A model generated the notes under the pieces. It was not told where the DNA came from and did not search any database. It was given only the letters and a program-made list of their open reading frames with translations. A stretch of 64,000 nucleotides of DNA from Moorellales bacterium. GTDB lineage: Bacteria; Bacillota; DSM-521; Neomoorellales; SLTJ01. Below, piece after piece: positions 18,562-27,326 of this stretch. Within the stretch, counting starts at the first letter, position 1, and the number at the start of each line of letters is the position of its first letter. Where the stretch lies: contig JBNARC010000005.1 in assembly GCA_049719955.1 (NCBI GenBank), positions 3,976 to 67,975 on the forward strand, given 5' to 3'. Both the position numbers and the translations under genes were made by a program.

Positions 18562-19693
18562 GTGCTTGCCGACTATAGACCCCGCCTGGAAATGCTGAAA
18601 TCCCGGCTGGAAGAATTGAGGGTTTCCCTTTGACCTGGCCGGCAAGGAGGAAACTATAAAGGAATTGGAGGCGCGCCTGGCCCTTCCTGAGGTCTGGCAG
18701 GACGCCCGCCAGGCGGCGGAGCTGGGCCGGCGGCTGGCGGAGCTCAAGGAGGAGCGGGAGAAGTTCCTCTCCTTGGCGCGCCAGGTAGAGGATCTATGGG
18801 TTCTATGGGAGCTGGCGCTGGAAGAGGGTGAGGAAGGCCTGGCGGAAGAGGTGGCCCGGGGCCTGGCGGCGGCGGAGAAAAGCCTGGACCGGGCGGAAAT
18901 CGAGGTGCTCCTGAACCAGCCCTACGACCACCACTCCGCCTACCTTTCCCTGCACGCCGGCGCCGGGGGCACCGAGGCTCAGGACTGGGCGGCCATGCTG
19001 CTGCGCATGTATACCCGTTGGGCGGAGGAGAAGGGCTACCAGGTAGAAGTGGTAGATTGTCTGGAAGGCGAGGAGGCGGGGATTAAGAGTGCCACCCTGC
19101 GCATCGCCGGGCCCTACGCCTACGGTTACCTTAAGGCGGAAAACGGAGTGCACCGCCTGGTGCGCATTTCTCCCTTTGATGCCGCCCGCCGGCGGCACAC
19201 CTCCTTTGCTTCGGTGGAGGTGCTGCCGGAGCTGGAGCCGGAAGAGGAGATAACCATCGACCCCGAGGACCTGCGCATCGATACCTTCCGGGCCAGCGGC
19301 CACGGCGGCCAGCACGTAAACAAGACCGAGTCGGCGGTGCGCATCACCCACCTGCCCACGGGGATAGTGGTGCAGTGCCAGAACGAGCGCTCCCAGCACG
19401 CCAACCGCCTGACCGCCATGAAGATTCTGCAGGCCAAGCTGTTTGAGCTGAAAAGACGGCAGGAAGAGGAGCGCTTGAGCGCCCTGAAAGGGGAGCAGCG
19501 GGAAATCGCCTGGGGAAGTCAGATCCGGTCCTACGTCTTTCAGCCCTACCAGATGGTGAAGGATCACCGCACCGGAGTGGAAGTGGGCAACGTGGAGGCG
19601 GTCATGGACGGGGAAATCGACCCCTTTATCTTCGCCTACCTGCGGCACCGCGTGCAGAAGGGGGAGAAGGCCCCGACCCGCGCCGCGCCTTAG
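18562..19693 (+). CDS. prfB: Peptide chain release factor 2, expressed through a programmed +1 frameshift (join 18562..18630, 18632..19693)
   Basis: Frame 0 reads GTG-LADYRPRLEMLKSRLEELRVSL and stops at CTT TGA C (18628-18634). The +1 frame continues DLAGKEETIKELEARLALPEVW... with the SPF and GGQ motifs (RASGHGGQHVNKTESAVRITH). Confidence 0.9.
18625..18634 (+). other. Programmed +1 ribosomal frameshift site of prfB
   Basis: CCC TTT GAC context containing the classical CTT-TGA-C shift site, with an upstream SD-like GAGGG. Confidence 0.85.
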
Positions 19694-19709
19694 AAAGGAG
19701 AAGGCGAGC

Positions 19710-21395
19710 TTGCCTGGCCCCTTGCGCCGGCGCCACTGGCAGCGGCTGCGCCAGATCGTAAACGTGGCCGTGGCCCAGGGCTTCGGCTACATAGTGGAGC
19801 AACTGGGCCTGGCGGGTCTGGTTTCCCGGTCCCGCCGGGGGGGAACCGTCGAGGGGGAAAGGCCCCGTCTCTCCCGGGGCGAGCGCCTGGCGCGCGCATT
19901 GGAGGAGCTGGGGCCCACTTTTATCAAGCTGGGGCAGATGCTGAGCACCCGCTCCGACCTCCTCCCGGCGGACGTGGTGGCGGAGCTGGAGAAGCTTCAG
20001 GACCGGGTGCCGCCGTTTTCCGCCGAAGAGGTCCGGGAAGCGGTACGGCGGGAGTTGGGGGTGCCGTTGGAGCAGGCCTTCGCCGAGTTCGACCCGGTGC
20101 CCATAGCGGCGGCCTCCATCGGACAGGTGCACCGGGCCCGGCTGTTTACCGGCGAAGAGGTAGCGGTAAAGGTGCAGCGGCCGCGGCTGGAGGAAACCGT
20201 GGAGGCGGATTTGGAGATCCTGTTCGCTCTGGCCCGTCTGGCCGACCTGCACCCGGTGTGGGGCCGGATGTACGACTTCACCGCCCTGGCCGAGGAGTTT
20301 GCCTTTACCCTGCGCCAGGAGATGGATTTCCAGGCCGAGGGTCGCAACGCCGACCGGCTGCGCCAGAACCTGACCGGCATGCCCCAGGTGCGCATCCCCC
20401 GGGTGTACTGGGAGTACACCACCCGGCGGCTGCTGACCATGGAATACGTGGCCGGCACTAAACTTAACGAACCGGAGCGATTGGCCGCTCAAAAGGTGGA
20501 CCGCCGGGCGGTGGCGCGCCTTCTCATTCAAGCGGTGCTCAAGCAGATCTTCCTGGACGGTTTCTTTCACGCCGACCTACACCCGGGAAACCTGGCGGTG
20601 CAGCCCGGGCCGGTGCTGGTGTTCATGGACTTCGGGCTGGTGGGCACGCTGGCTCCGGAGCGGCGGGAGCAGTGCTTGGCGATCGTACGGGGGCTGGTGA
20701 AAGGCGACGCCGAGCTTCTGGTCCGGGCCCTGACCGCCCTGGGCGTGGCCACGCCCCACACCGACCGGGAGGGCTTGCGGCGGGATCTGGAGCGGATTCG
20801 GGAGAAGTACTACCGGCTTCCTTTCTCGCAGATGCAATTGGGGCGGGTGCTGGGCGACCTGGTGGAGAGCGCCTTCAAGCACCGGTTGCGCCTTCCCCGG
20901 GAGCTGGCGCTGATGATCAAGACCCTAACCACCCTGGAGGCGGTGGTGCGGGAACTGGATCCGGAGTTGGACCTGGCCGAAGTAGCCACCGCCTTTCGGC
21001 GTCAGTACCTGCGGGAACAGATGCGGCCGCCGGCCCTGCGGGCCCGTTTGCGCCGGGCCTGGGAAGAGGCTGCCTGGCTGGCGGTGGGGTTACCCCGGAA
21101 TCTCAATCGGCTGTTGGATAAGCTGGCCCACGACGGAATAAGCCTGGAGCTGCGCCACCGAGAATTGCCGGAATTTCGGGCCCATCTGGACCAGATCGCC
21201 AACCGGCTCTGCTTTGCCATTATCCTGCTGTCCTTTAGTCTGATGATGACCGGGCTGGTGATCAGCTCGGCGCTGGTGCAGGGGAGCCGGGGCCTTTTCT
21301 TCTGGCGGCTGCCGGTGCTGGAAATCGGTTTCGGGGCGGCCGCGGTCCTGTTCCTGGGGCTGATCTGGGCGATCGTGCGCAGCGGGCGGTTCTAA
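19710..21395 (+). CDS. ABC1/UbiB-family atypical protein kinase
   Basis: GPTFIKLGQMLSTRSDLLPADV, AAASIGQVHRA, HADLHPGNL and DFGLVG, with C-terminal TM helices. Confidence 0.85.
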   Translation: MPGPLRRRHWQRLRQIVNVAVAQGFGYIVEQLGLAGLVSRSRRGGTVEGERPRLSRGERLARALEELGPTFIKLGQMLSTRSDLLPADVVAELEKLQDRVPPFSAEEVREAVRRELGVPLEQAFAEFDPVPIAAASIGQVHRARLFTGEEVAVKVQRPRLEETVEADLEILFALARLADLHPVWGRMYDFTALAEEFAFTLRQEMDFQAEGRNADRLRQNLTGMPQVRIPRVYWEYTTRRLLTMEYVAGTKLNEPERLAAQKVDRRAVARLLIQAVLKQIFLDGFFHADLHPGNLAVQPGPVLVFMDFGLVGTLAPERREQCLAIVRGLVKGDAELLVRALTALGVATPHTDREGLRRDLERIREKYYRLPFSQMQLGRVLGDLVESAFKHRLRLPRELALMIKTLTTLEAVVRELDPELDLAEVATAFRRQYLREQMRPPALRARLRRAWEEAAWLAVGLPRNLNRLLDKLAHDGISLELRHRELPEFRAHLDQIANRLCFAIILLSFSLMMTGLVISSALVQGSRGLFFWRLPVLEIGFGAAAVLFLGLIWAIVRSGRF

Positions 21396-21403
21396 GTTCC
21401 CCG

Positions 21404-21424
21404 AACGGCGAGACGCCGGTTTTC
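21404..21424 (+). terminator. Small hairpin with T tract after the ubiB-like gene
   Basis: CGGCG-AGA-CGCCG followed by GTTTT. This is a short stem. Confidence 0.35.
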
Positions 21425-21483
21425 GAGCCCGGTGGTGGGTCGGAGGCCAGGCCGCGGCGGGCCGGAAAAGGGGGGCCGGTAGG

Positions 21484-22356
21484 ATGACCAGGTACGGGCG
21501 AGAGCTGATAGACTACTTTCTCCTCAGCGGCGGGGCGGCGGTGGTGGCTCTGGGCATTGCCGCCTTTCAGGTGCCCCACCGGATCGCCGCCGGCGGCCTG
21601 AGCGGCCTGGCCACGGTCTTGCACTACACCCTGGGGCTGCCGGTGGGCCTTACCCTTCTGGGCCTGAACGTCCCCTTGTTCGTTTTGGCCATAAAGGTAA
21701 AAGGGTGGCGCTTTACCTTTCGCAGCCTTTACGGTACGGTAATGCTGTCGCTGCTGGTGGACCTGTTCTTGGCCCTGATTCGCACCCCCACCGCCGATCC
21801 CCTCCTGGCCACCCTTTACGGCGGAGCCCTGGTGGGGTTGGGCCTAAGCCTGGTCTTCCGGGCCGGCGGAACCACCGGGGGCACGGACATGGCGGCCCAG
21901 ATCCTGCGCGCCTTCTTCCCCGGCAGCACCGGCCGGGCTCTGGTGCTGATAGACGGCGCGGTGATCGGCCTGGCCGCCTGCGTGTTCGGGCTGGAGCTGG
22001 CGCTTTACGGCCTCATCTCCGTATTCTTGAGCGGAGTGGTAATCGATGCCGTGCAGGAAGGGGGGCTTTACGCCCGGGCGGCGCTCATCATCACCGACCG
22101 GGCGGAGGAGCTGGCCCCGGCCATCCTCACCCGGCTCAACCGGGGGGCTACCCTCTTTGAGGGGCGGGGGCTTTATACCGGCGAGAGGCGGCCGGTCATC
22201 CTGTGCGTGGTTTCCCGGGCCGAGGTCCCCCGGCTCAAGGCGTTGGTAGCGGAATGCGATCCCCGGGCCTTTGTGGTGGTGACCGGGGTGCACGAGGTGC
22301 TGGGCGAGGGCTTTAAGGCCATAGAAGGAGGCGAAGGTTCACCTTGGAGCCGGTGA
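21484..22356 (+). CDS. YitT-family membrane protein (DUF2179 C-terminal domain)
   Basis: Several TM segments are followed by a soluble C-terminal domain (ARAALIITDRAEELAPAIL...GATLFEGRGLYTGERRPVILCVVSRAEVPRLKALV). Confidence 0.75.
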   Translation: MTRYGRELIDYFLLSGGAAVVALGIAAFQVPHRIAAGGLSGLATVLHYTLGLPVGLTLLGLNVPLFVLAIKVKGWRFTFRSLYGTVMLSLLVDLFLALIRTPTADPLLATLYGGALVGLGLSLVFRAGGTTGGTDMAAQILRAFFPGSTGRALVLIDGAVIGLAACVFGLELALYGLISVFLSGVVIDAVQEGGLYARAALIITDRAEELAPAILTRLNRGATLFEGRGLYTGERRPVILCVVSRAEVPRLKALVAECDPRAFVVVTGVHEVLGEGFKAIEGGEGSPWSR

Positions 22357-23168
22357 TCAAGGAAGAGCTCAACCGAAAAGCACGCCAGTTGCGCGGCCTG
22401 GCCCTGAAAATGATCGGGACCGCGGGCTCCGGGCATCCGGGAGGCTCGCTCTCGGCGGCGGAAATCATGGCGGTGCTTTACTTCCACGAGCTGCGGGTAG
22501 ACCCCGCCCGCCCCGATTGGCCGGATCGAGACCGCTTTATTCTGTCTAAGGGGCATGCTGCGCCTCTACTATACGCCGCCCTGGCCGAGCGGGGTTTCTT
22601 CCCCCCTGAAGAACTGCTTACCCTGCGCCGCCTGGGTAGCCGGTTGCAGGGCCATCCTGACTGCCGGCGCCTGCCGGGGGTGGACATGTCTACCGGCTCC
22701 TTGGGGCAGGGCCTTTCGGTAGGAAACGGCCTGGCCCTGGGGGCTAAGCTGGACGGCCGCTCTTACCGGGTCTACGTGCTCCTGGGAGACGGCGAGATCC
22801 AGGAGGGGATGGTGTGGGAGGCCAGTATGGCCGCCGCCCACTATCGCCTGGACAACCTGGTGGCGATTGTGGACCACAACGGGCTGCAGATCGACGGTCC
22901 GGTGGCTAAAGTGATGTCTCCCGAGCCGCTGGCGGAGAAGTGGCAGGCCTTCGGCTGGGAGGTAGTGCGGGTGGACGGGCACCAAGTGGAGGAAATCGCC
23001 GCGGCGCTGGAGCACGCCCGGCAGGTGAAGGGCCGGCCCACCATGATTATCGCCGACACGATCAAGGGCAAGGGCGTATCCTTTATGGAGAACCGGGTGG
23101 AGTGGCACGGGGTAGCTCCCAAGGGGGAAGAGTTGGCCCGGGCCCTGGCCGAACTGGGCGTCGAGTAG
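22344..23168 (+). CDS. Transketolase, N-terminal (TPP-binding) subunit of a split enzyme
   Basis: GSGHPGGSLSAAEIMAVLYF...RDRFILSKGHAAPLLYA...GSLGQGLSVGNGLALG...LLGDGEIQEGMVWEA. Confidence 0.9.
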   Translation: MEPVIKEELNRKARQLRGLALKMIGTAGSGHPGGSLSAAEIMAVLYFHELRVDPARPDWPDRDRFILSKGHAAPLLYAALAERGFFPPEELLTLRRLGSRLQGHPDCRRLPGVDMSTGSLGQGLSVGNGLALGAKLDGRSYRVYVLLGDGEIQEGMVWEASMAAAHYRLDNLVAIVDHNGLQIDGPVAKVMSPEPLAEKWQAFGWEVVRVDGHQVEEIAAALEHARQVKGRPTMIIADTIKGKGVSFMENRVEWHGVAPKGEELARALAELGVE

Positions 23169-23219
23169 TAGCTTTCCAGGGGGCGCCCCGAAGGGGTCCG
23201 GGCGCAGGGGGGCCCGAAA

Positions 23220-23549
23220 TTGGAGCCGCATTTTCGGGTGTGGATCGAAGAGGCAGGAGAGCCGGTGTTCGGGGACGGCCTATTCCAGCTCCTGCAAGGA
23301 GTAGATCGGCTGGGCTCCATCACGCAGGCGGCCAGGGCTTTGGGTATGTCCTACCGGCAGGCCTGGGGCCATGTGCGTAAGGCCGAGGAGCGGCTGGGCG
23401 TTCAGTTATTGGAGCGGCAGGTGGGCGGGGAGGCGGGGGGAGGGGCCCGCCTCACCCCCACCGGCAGGCAATGGCTGGAGCGCTATCGCCGTTTTCAGGC
23501 CGAAGTGGGCCGGGCAGTAGATGAGGCCTTCCGCGAGTTCTTCGGTTAG
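23220..23549 (+). CDS. ModE N-terminal-like winged-helix DNA-binding protein (no Mop/TOBE domain)
   Basis: 109 aa. GSITQAARALGMSYRQAWGHVRKAEERLGVQLLERQVGG matches the HTH of ModE/LysR-N type molybdate regulators. The ORF ends right after the DNA-binding domain. Confidence 0.65.
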   Translation: MEPHFRVWIEEAGEPVFGDGLFQLLQGVDRLGSITQAARALGMSYRQAWGHVRKAEERLGVQLLERQVGGEAGGGARLTPTGRQWLERYRRFQAEVGRAVDEAFREFFG

Positions 23550-23559
23550 GCCGGCCACT

Positions 23560-24096
23560 TCAGTTCGTCTTGTGATCGGCCTCCAAGGACCTCAGGCCAG
23601 GTTTCTGGCCGATTCCGTGGTTCTCCGGTTGGGTTTCGCCCGGGGGTCGCCGCCGGCGGATTCGGCCTTCAAGCCGGCGCTGGGCCGCTTCCAGTCGGGC
23701 CAAGAGCCCTTCATCCTCCCGGGTCGGGGTGAAGGCTTCGGCCACCAGGTTTCGGCGAAAAGCCAGGACTCGTTCCAGGATCGCTCTTCCCGCCGGGCTC
23801 AGACTAAGCCTGACCACGCGGCGGTCCTCTTCGTCCCGGTAACGCTCTACCAGCCCTTCCGCCACCAGACCGTCAATCAGGGCGGTTACGCTGCCCGGAC
23901 TGACCAGCAACCGTTCCTGCAGCTCGCTCATGGTAAGATTGCGGCAGCGGGCCAAGTGTAGGAGGGCCCAAAGGCGGGGTAAAGTTAGTCCCTCTTCCTT
24001 CAGGAAGGTCTTGGTAAGGAAGTTGAGCAAGTAGTTGAGACCTCGCAGGGCGGCCTCCAGGCGGGCAACGATTTCGGTTTCTTGCCGCGAAGACAC
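23560..24096 (-). CDS. MarR-family transcriptional regulator
   Basis: LPRLWALLHLARCRNLTMSELQERLLVSPGSVTALIDGLVAEGLVERYRDEEDRRVVRLSLSPAGR. It is the last gene of the minus-strand efflux operon. Confidence 0.85.
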   Translation of the reverse strand: MSSRQETEIVARLEAALRGLNYLLNFLTKTFLKEEGLTLPRLWALLHLARCRNLTMSELQERLLVSPGSVTALIDGLVAEGLVERYRDEEDRRVVRLSLSPAGRAILERVLAFRRNLVAEAFTPTREDEGLLARLEAAQRRLEGRIRRRRPPGETQPENHGIGQKPGLRSLEADHKTN

Positions 24097-24111
24097 CGCG
24101 CGTGTCCCCCC

Positions 24112-24915
24112 CTATACCAGGCGGTGAAGCTGCCTGGCGCTAAGCAGGATTAAGACCAGGGCAAAGGCGGCCAGAAGGCCCAAGTCTCGAGCCACGCTTC
24201 CGGGAAGTCCCAACAGAAAGGCCCGGAGGGCCTCAACAATGTAGCTCATCGGGTTCCCGAAGGCTATGACCCTAAGCCAGGGGGGCATCAGCTCCACGGG
24301 ATACAAGGCGTTGGAGGCAAAGAACAGGGGCATGGTGATCACCTGCCCTATTCCCATAAAGCGCTCCCGGGTTCGCATCCAGCACGCCAGGAGCATAGAT
24401 AGGCTGGAGAACACGCAGGCCCCGGCGGTGACCGTGAGGAGGGCACCTAAGAGCGGTGCCGCTCCCCAGCGGAAGCGCACCCCCAGCAGGGCGGCAATCA
24501 CCATAATGATTACCCCTTGGATTAAGGCCCGCAAGCTGGCAGAAAGCCCCTTACCCAGCACAAAGGCGGCCCGGGGCACAGGAGCCACCAGTAGCTTCTG
24601 AAAGATACCGGCATCTCGCTCCCAGAGCACGGAGATGCCGAAGAAAATAGAAATAAATACCACCGACTGGCTCAAGATTCCGGGTGTGAGGTATTCCAGG
24701 TAGGAGACCCCGCCGGTGGGCAGTCCGCGGAGACGGCCAAAAACCTGCCCGAATATGGCCAGCCATAGTAGGGGCTGCACCGCCCGGGTTACTACTTCGG
24801 CGGGGTCGTTCCGGAGCTTGCGGGCCTCAAGCTCGGCGATGGCCAGGGTGCCGGCTAAGAACCGACACGCGCTAGCCCAAACGCCGGAAAACATGGCGGG
24901 CGCGGCGTACGTCAA
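24112..24915 (-). CDS. ABC-2-type transporter permease
   Basis: Six-TM ABC-2 architecture. It overlaps the upstream ATPase gene. The start is TTG 24915 or ATG 24894. Confidence 0.8.
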   Translation of the reverse strand: MTYAAPAMFSGVWASACRFLAGTLAIAELEARKLRNDPAEVVTRAVQPLLWLAIFGQVFGRLRGLPTGGVSYLEYLTPGILSQSVVFISIFFGISVLWERDAGIFQKLLVAPVPRAAFVLGKGLSASLRALIQGVIIMVIAALLGVRFRWGAAPLLGALLTVTAGACVFSSLSMLLACWMRTRERFMGIGQVITMPLFFASNALYPVELMPPWLRVIAFGNPMSYIVEALRAFLLGLPGSVARDLGLLAAFALVLILLSARQLHRLV

Positions 24916-25678
24916 GGTAGCTTCCCCCCTCCGCTTCGGCCAGGCTATGTCCGGTGAAGTGCACGAATACCTCTTCCAAGGTGCCTTGAGGAACGCCGGC
25001 GGCCCGCTTTAGCTCCTCCGGGGAACCTACGGCGGTTACCCGGCCGCGGTGCATTATGGCTACCCGATCGCATAGAGCTTCTGCCTCCTCCAAATAGTGG
25101 GTGGTAAGCACAATGCTCAGCCCCTGCTCCGCCCGAAGAGACCGGAGATGTTCCCAGAAAGCCCTGCGGGCCACGGGGTCTAGACCGGCGGTGGGTTCGT
25201 CGAGGAACAGAAGTTGGGGGCGGTGCACCAGGGCCTGGGCCAATTCCAGACGCCGGATCATGCCGCCGGAAAAGGTGCGTACCAGGGAGTGAGCCCGGTC
25301 GCCTAATTCTACCAGCTTTAATAGAGACTGAATGCGCTGGCGCCGTTGGTCGGCAGGAACGCGGTAGAGTTTGGCAAAGATTAGCAAGTTCTCGTAGGCA
25401 CTTAGGGTCCCGTCAACGGATAGACCCTGCGGCACGCACCCGATCAGGCCGCGAATGGCGGCGGCCTGACGGCGCAGTTCGTATCCCCCTATTCGGGCGG
25501 TGCCGGCGGTGGGCGCTATCAGCGTGGTTAGGAGCCGGATGGTGGTGGTCTTACCGGCGCCGTTGGGACCCAGGAGACCGAAGATTTCCCCGGCCTGGAT
25601 TTCCAGCGATACCCGGTCCACGGCCGCTCGGCCGTTGAACACCTTGGTGAGGTCGTAAGTAGTTACTATCGGGGGCAT
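24872..25678 (-). CDS. ABC transporter ATP-binding protein (DrrA/daunorubicin-resistance type)
   Basis: GLLGPNGAGKTTT, FSGGMIRRLELAQAL, LLFLDEPTAGLDP and TTHYLEEAE. ATG 25678 has a GAAGGAAGGG SD; the ORF opens at 25735. Confidence 0.85.
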   Translation of the reverse strand: MPPIVTTYDLTKVFNGRAAVDRVSLEIQAGEIFGLLGPNGAGKTTTIRLLTTLIAPTAGTARIGGYELRRQAAAIRGLIGCVPQGLSVDGTLSAYENLLIFAKLYRVPADQRRQRIQSLLKLVELGDRAHSLVRTFSGGMIRRLELAQALVHRPQLLFLDEPTAGLDPVARRAFWEHLRSLRAEQGLSIVLTTHYLEEAEALCDRVAIMHRGRVTAVGSPEELKRAAGVPQGTLEEVFVHFTGHSLAEAEGGSYLDVRRARHVFRRLG

Positions 25679-25745
25679 GGTGACCGGCCCTTCCTTCGCG
25701 CTTGGAATATTTCCGGCTTCAAAATAAACCTCCATAAGAAATTCG

Positions 25746-26978
25746 TCAAGCGTGTCCCTGCGCTTCTATGGGAAGAAACACCCAGAGGGCGGCGGTGAAG
25801 GCGCAGGCCAGGCTGATGGCCAGGGCCAAGGCGTTCCACGAGCCGGTAGCGTCTAAAATCCAGCCGGTGAGAGTGGGGCCCAGTATCAGTCCCCCGTTTT
25901 GGGCGGTAAGCGCCAGCCCTAATCCCAACGGTACCTCCCGCGCCTGGCGGGCCAAATGAGGGATGGCGGCGAAAACTACCGTGGGGACCATGCTGCCTAT
26001 TAGGCCTACACAGAACTGTACTACCGGTACCACGCCAACGGCCAGGTGAAATATCAGGAGATAAAGTACGGCCTGGGTGGCGGAGCTACCTCCGCAAATC
26101 AGGCGCGAGGAGCGGTAGCGGTCGTAGAGGTGGCCTGCCAACGGGCACCCCACCAGCGCTCCCAGGGAGGCCAGACTCCCGATCAGGGTGGCGGTAGCCA
26201 GGGATAGGGATCTCACCTGCACCAGGAAGGTGGGAAACCAGGTGGTAACCGAAAGCATGGTACCGGCGTATACCAGGAAGGCGGCATTAACGTAAATTAG
26301 GCTTAGATTCGGCCCCCCGGGCCGGCGGATCGAGGCTCGCTCCGAAGAAGGCTCCTTCGCGACTTCCTCAGGGTTGGTGACCTCCGGTGCCAGGAAGTAC
26401 ATGGCTAAAGCGGCGGCCAGACAAAGAACCAGGCAAAAGCCCCAGACGCCGCGCGCGGAAAGGACTCGGGCCAGCCAGGGCGTCAGGTTAAAAATCGCTA
26501 AAGTGCCCACCGGCACCCAGGCGGCCCAAATGCCCATGGCCAGACCGCGTTTTTCGGGAGGGGCACTATGGCTGACAATGGAGGGTGCGGCTACGGCTAC
26601 AAGGGCAAACCCCACGCCCCCCACGATCCGTCCCACCACTATTCCCGCCGCGCTGAAGTAAATCAGGGGCACCAAATTGCCGATCACTAAGGCCAACATA
26701 CCCAGTAGGGCCAGCTTCTTTAAGCTTCTACGGCCCATGATTATACCGGCCGGAATGCCCAGAACCGCGCCCGCAATACCAAAACTGGACATAACCAAGC
26801 CCATCACCAAAGGACTGAGATTAAGGCTGGAGCGCAGAAGCGGCGCCATAGGCGGTATTTGGTTCTGGCTGGCCGCAGCCGCCACTCCGGCGGCGAAGGC
26901 TACCCAGATCGGCAACCAAGAGCTGGTACCAACCTCAGTGCGTCTTTCTAGTAAAGCGTAGGCTTCACCTTCCGTCAA
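25746..26978 (-). CDS. MFS transporter (12-TMS)
   Basis: 410-aa polytopic ORF. The TTG start is preceded by AAAGGAGTGGGGG. It is the first gene of the minus-strand block. Confidence 0.75.
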   Translation of the reverse strand: MTEGEAYALLERRTEVGTSSWLPIWVAFAAGVAAAASQNQIPPMAPLLRSSLNLSPLVMGLVMSSFGIAGAVLGIPAGIIMGRRSLKKLALLGMLALVIGNLVPLIYFSAAGIVVGRIVGGVGFALVAVAAPSIVSHSAPPEKRGLAMGIWAAWVPVGTLAIFNLTPWLARVLSARGVWGFCLVLCLAAALAMYFLAPEVTNPEEVAKEPSSERASIRRPGGPNLSLIYVNAAFLVYAGTMLSVTTWFPTFLVQVRSLSLATATLIGSLASLGALVGCPLAGHLYDRYRSSRLICGGSSATQAVLYLLIFHLAVGVVPVVQFCVGLIGSMVPTVVFAAIPHLARQAREVPLGLGLALTAQNGGLILGPTLTGWILDATGSWNALALAISLACAFTAALWVFLPIEAQGHA

Positions 26979-27142
26979 TTACCCCCACTCCTTTCTGATG
27001 TGGTCGTAAGTCGGCAGGACCACCCTTCTGCTCATGGTTATGCCGCTCGCCCGACTCCTAGGGTGGTAACATATGGCTAACCAGTTCGCCAGGGGAATCC
27101 GCGATTCCTTCCGGGGCAGGAGCAGCGGCCCTGCTGCAGACG

Positions 27143-27181
27143 TTGCTTTTGGGGCTTCGTTATGCTAGAATTGACATAACG
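27143..27181 (+). promoter_or_regulatory. tupA promoter with overlapping 24-bp palindromic operator
   Basis: TTGCTT (27143-27148), 17-nt spacer, TGcTAGAAT (27163-27171). The inverted repeat CGTTATG-N10-CATAACG (27158-27181) starts 8 nt upstream of the -10. Confidence 0.5.
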
Positions 27182-27326
27182 GTGGCCCGGATAGAGGGTC
27201 TGAGCCCCTCGGCCGCCAAAGAGAGGTGGTGGAAACTTGCGCCGGGTCGGGAGGGTTGACGGCGCGGATCCTTAAAGGGCCGGATACCGGGCCCGACGCC
27301 GGGCGAGGCAGTAAAGTCTTTAGGAG
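27178..27326 (+). promoter_or_regulatory. Structured ~150-nt leader of tupA; candidate Moco/Tuco-type riboswitch (unverified)
   Basis: GC-rich leader with several local hairpins (GAGGG-TCTGAGC-CCCTC; GCGCC...GGCGC) and AAAG(A/G)G elements, ending at the TAGGAGG SD. Its position upstream of a tungstate transporter fits the known distribution of the Moco RNA motif. I cannot confirm the consensus by eye. Confidence 0.25.

Noticed and set aside
23521-23961. A 146-aa + strand ORF.
   Set aside because: It is antisense to a clear MarR-family gene (23560-24096, minus strand) and has no motifs of its own.
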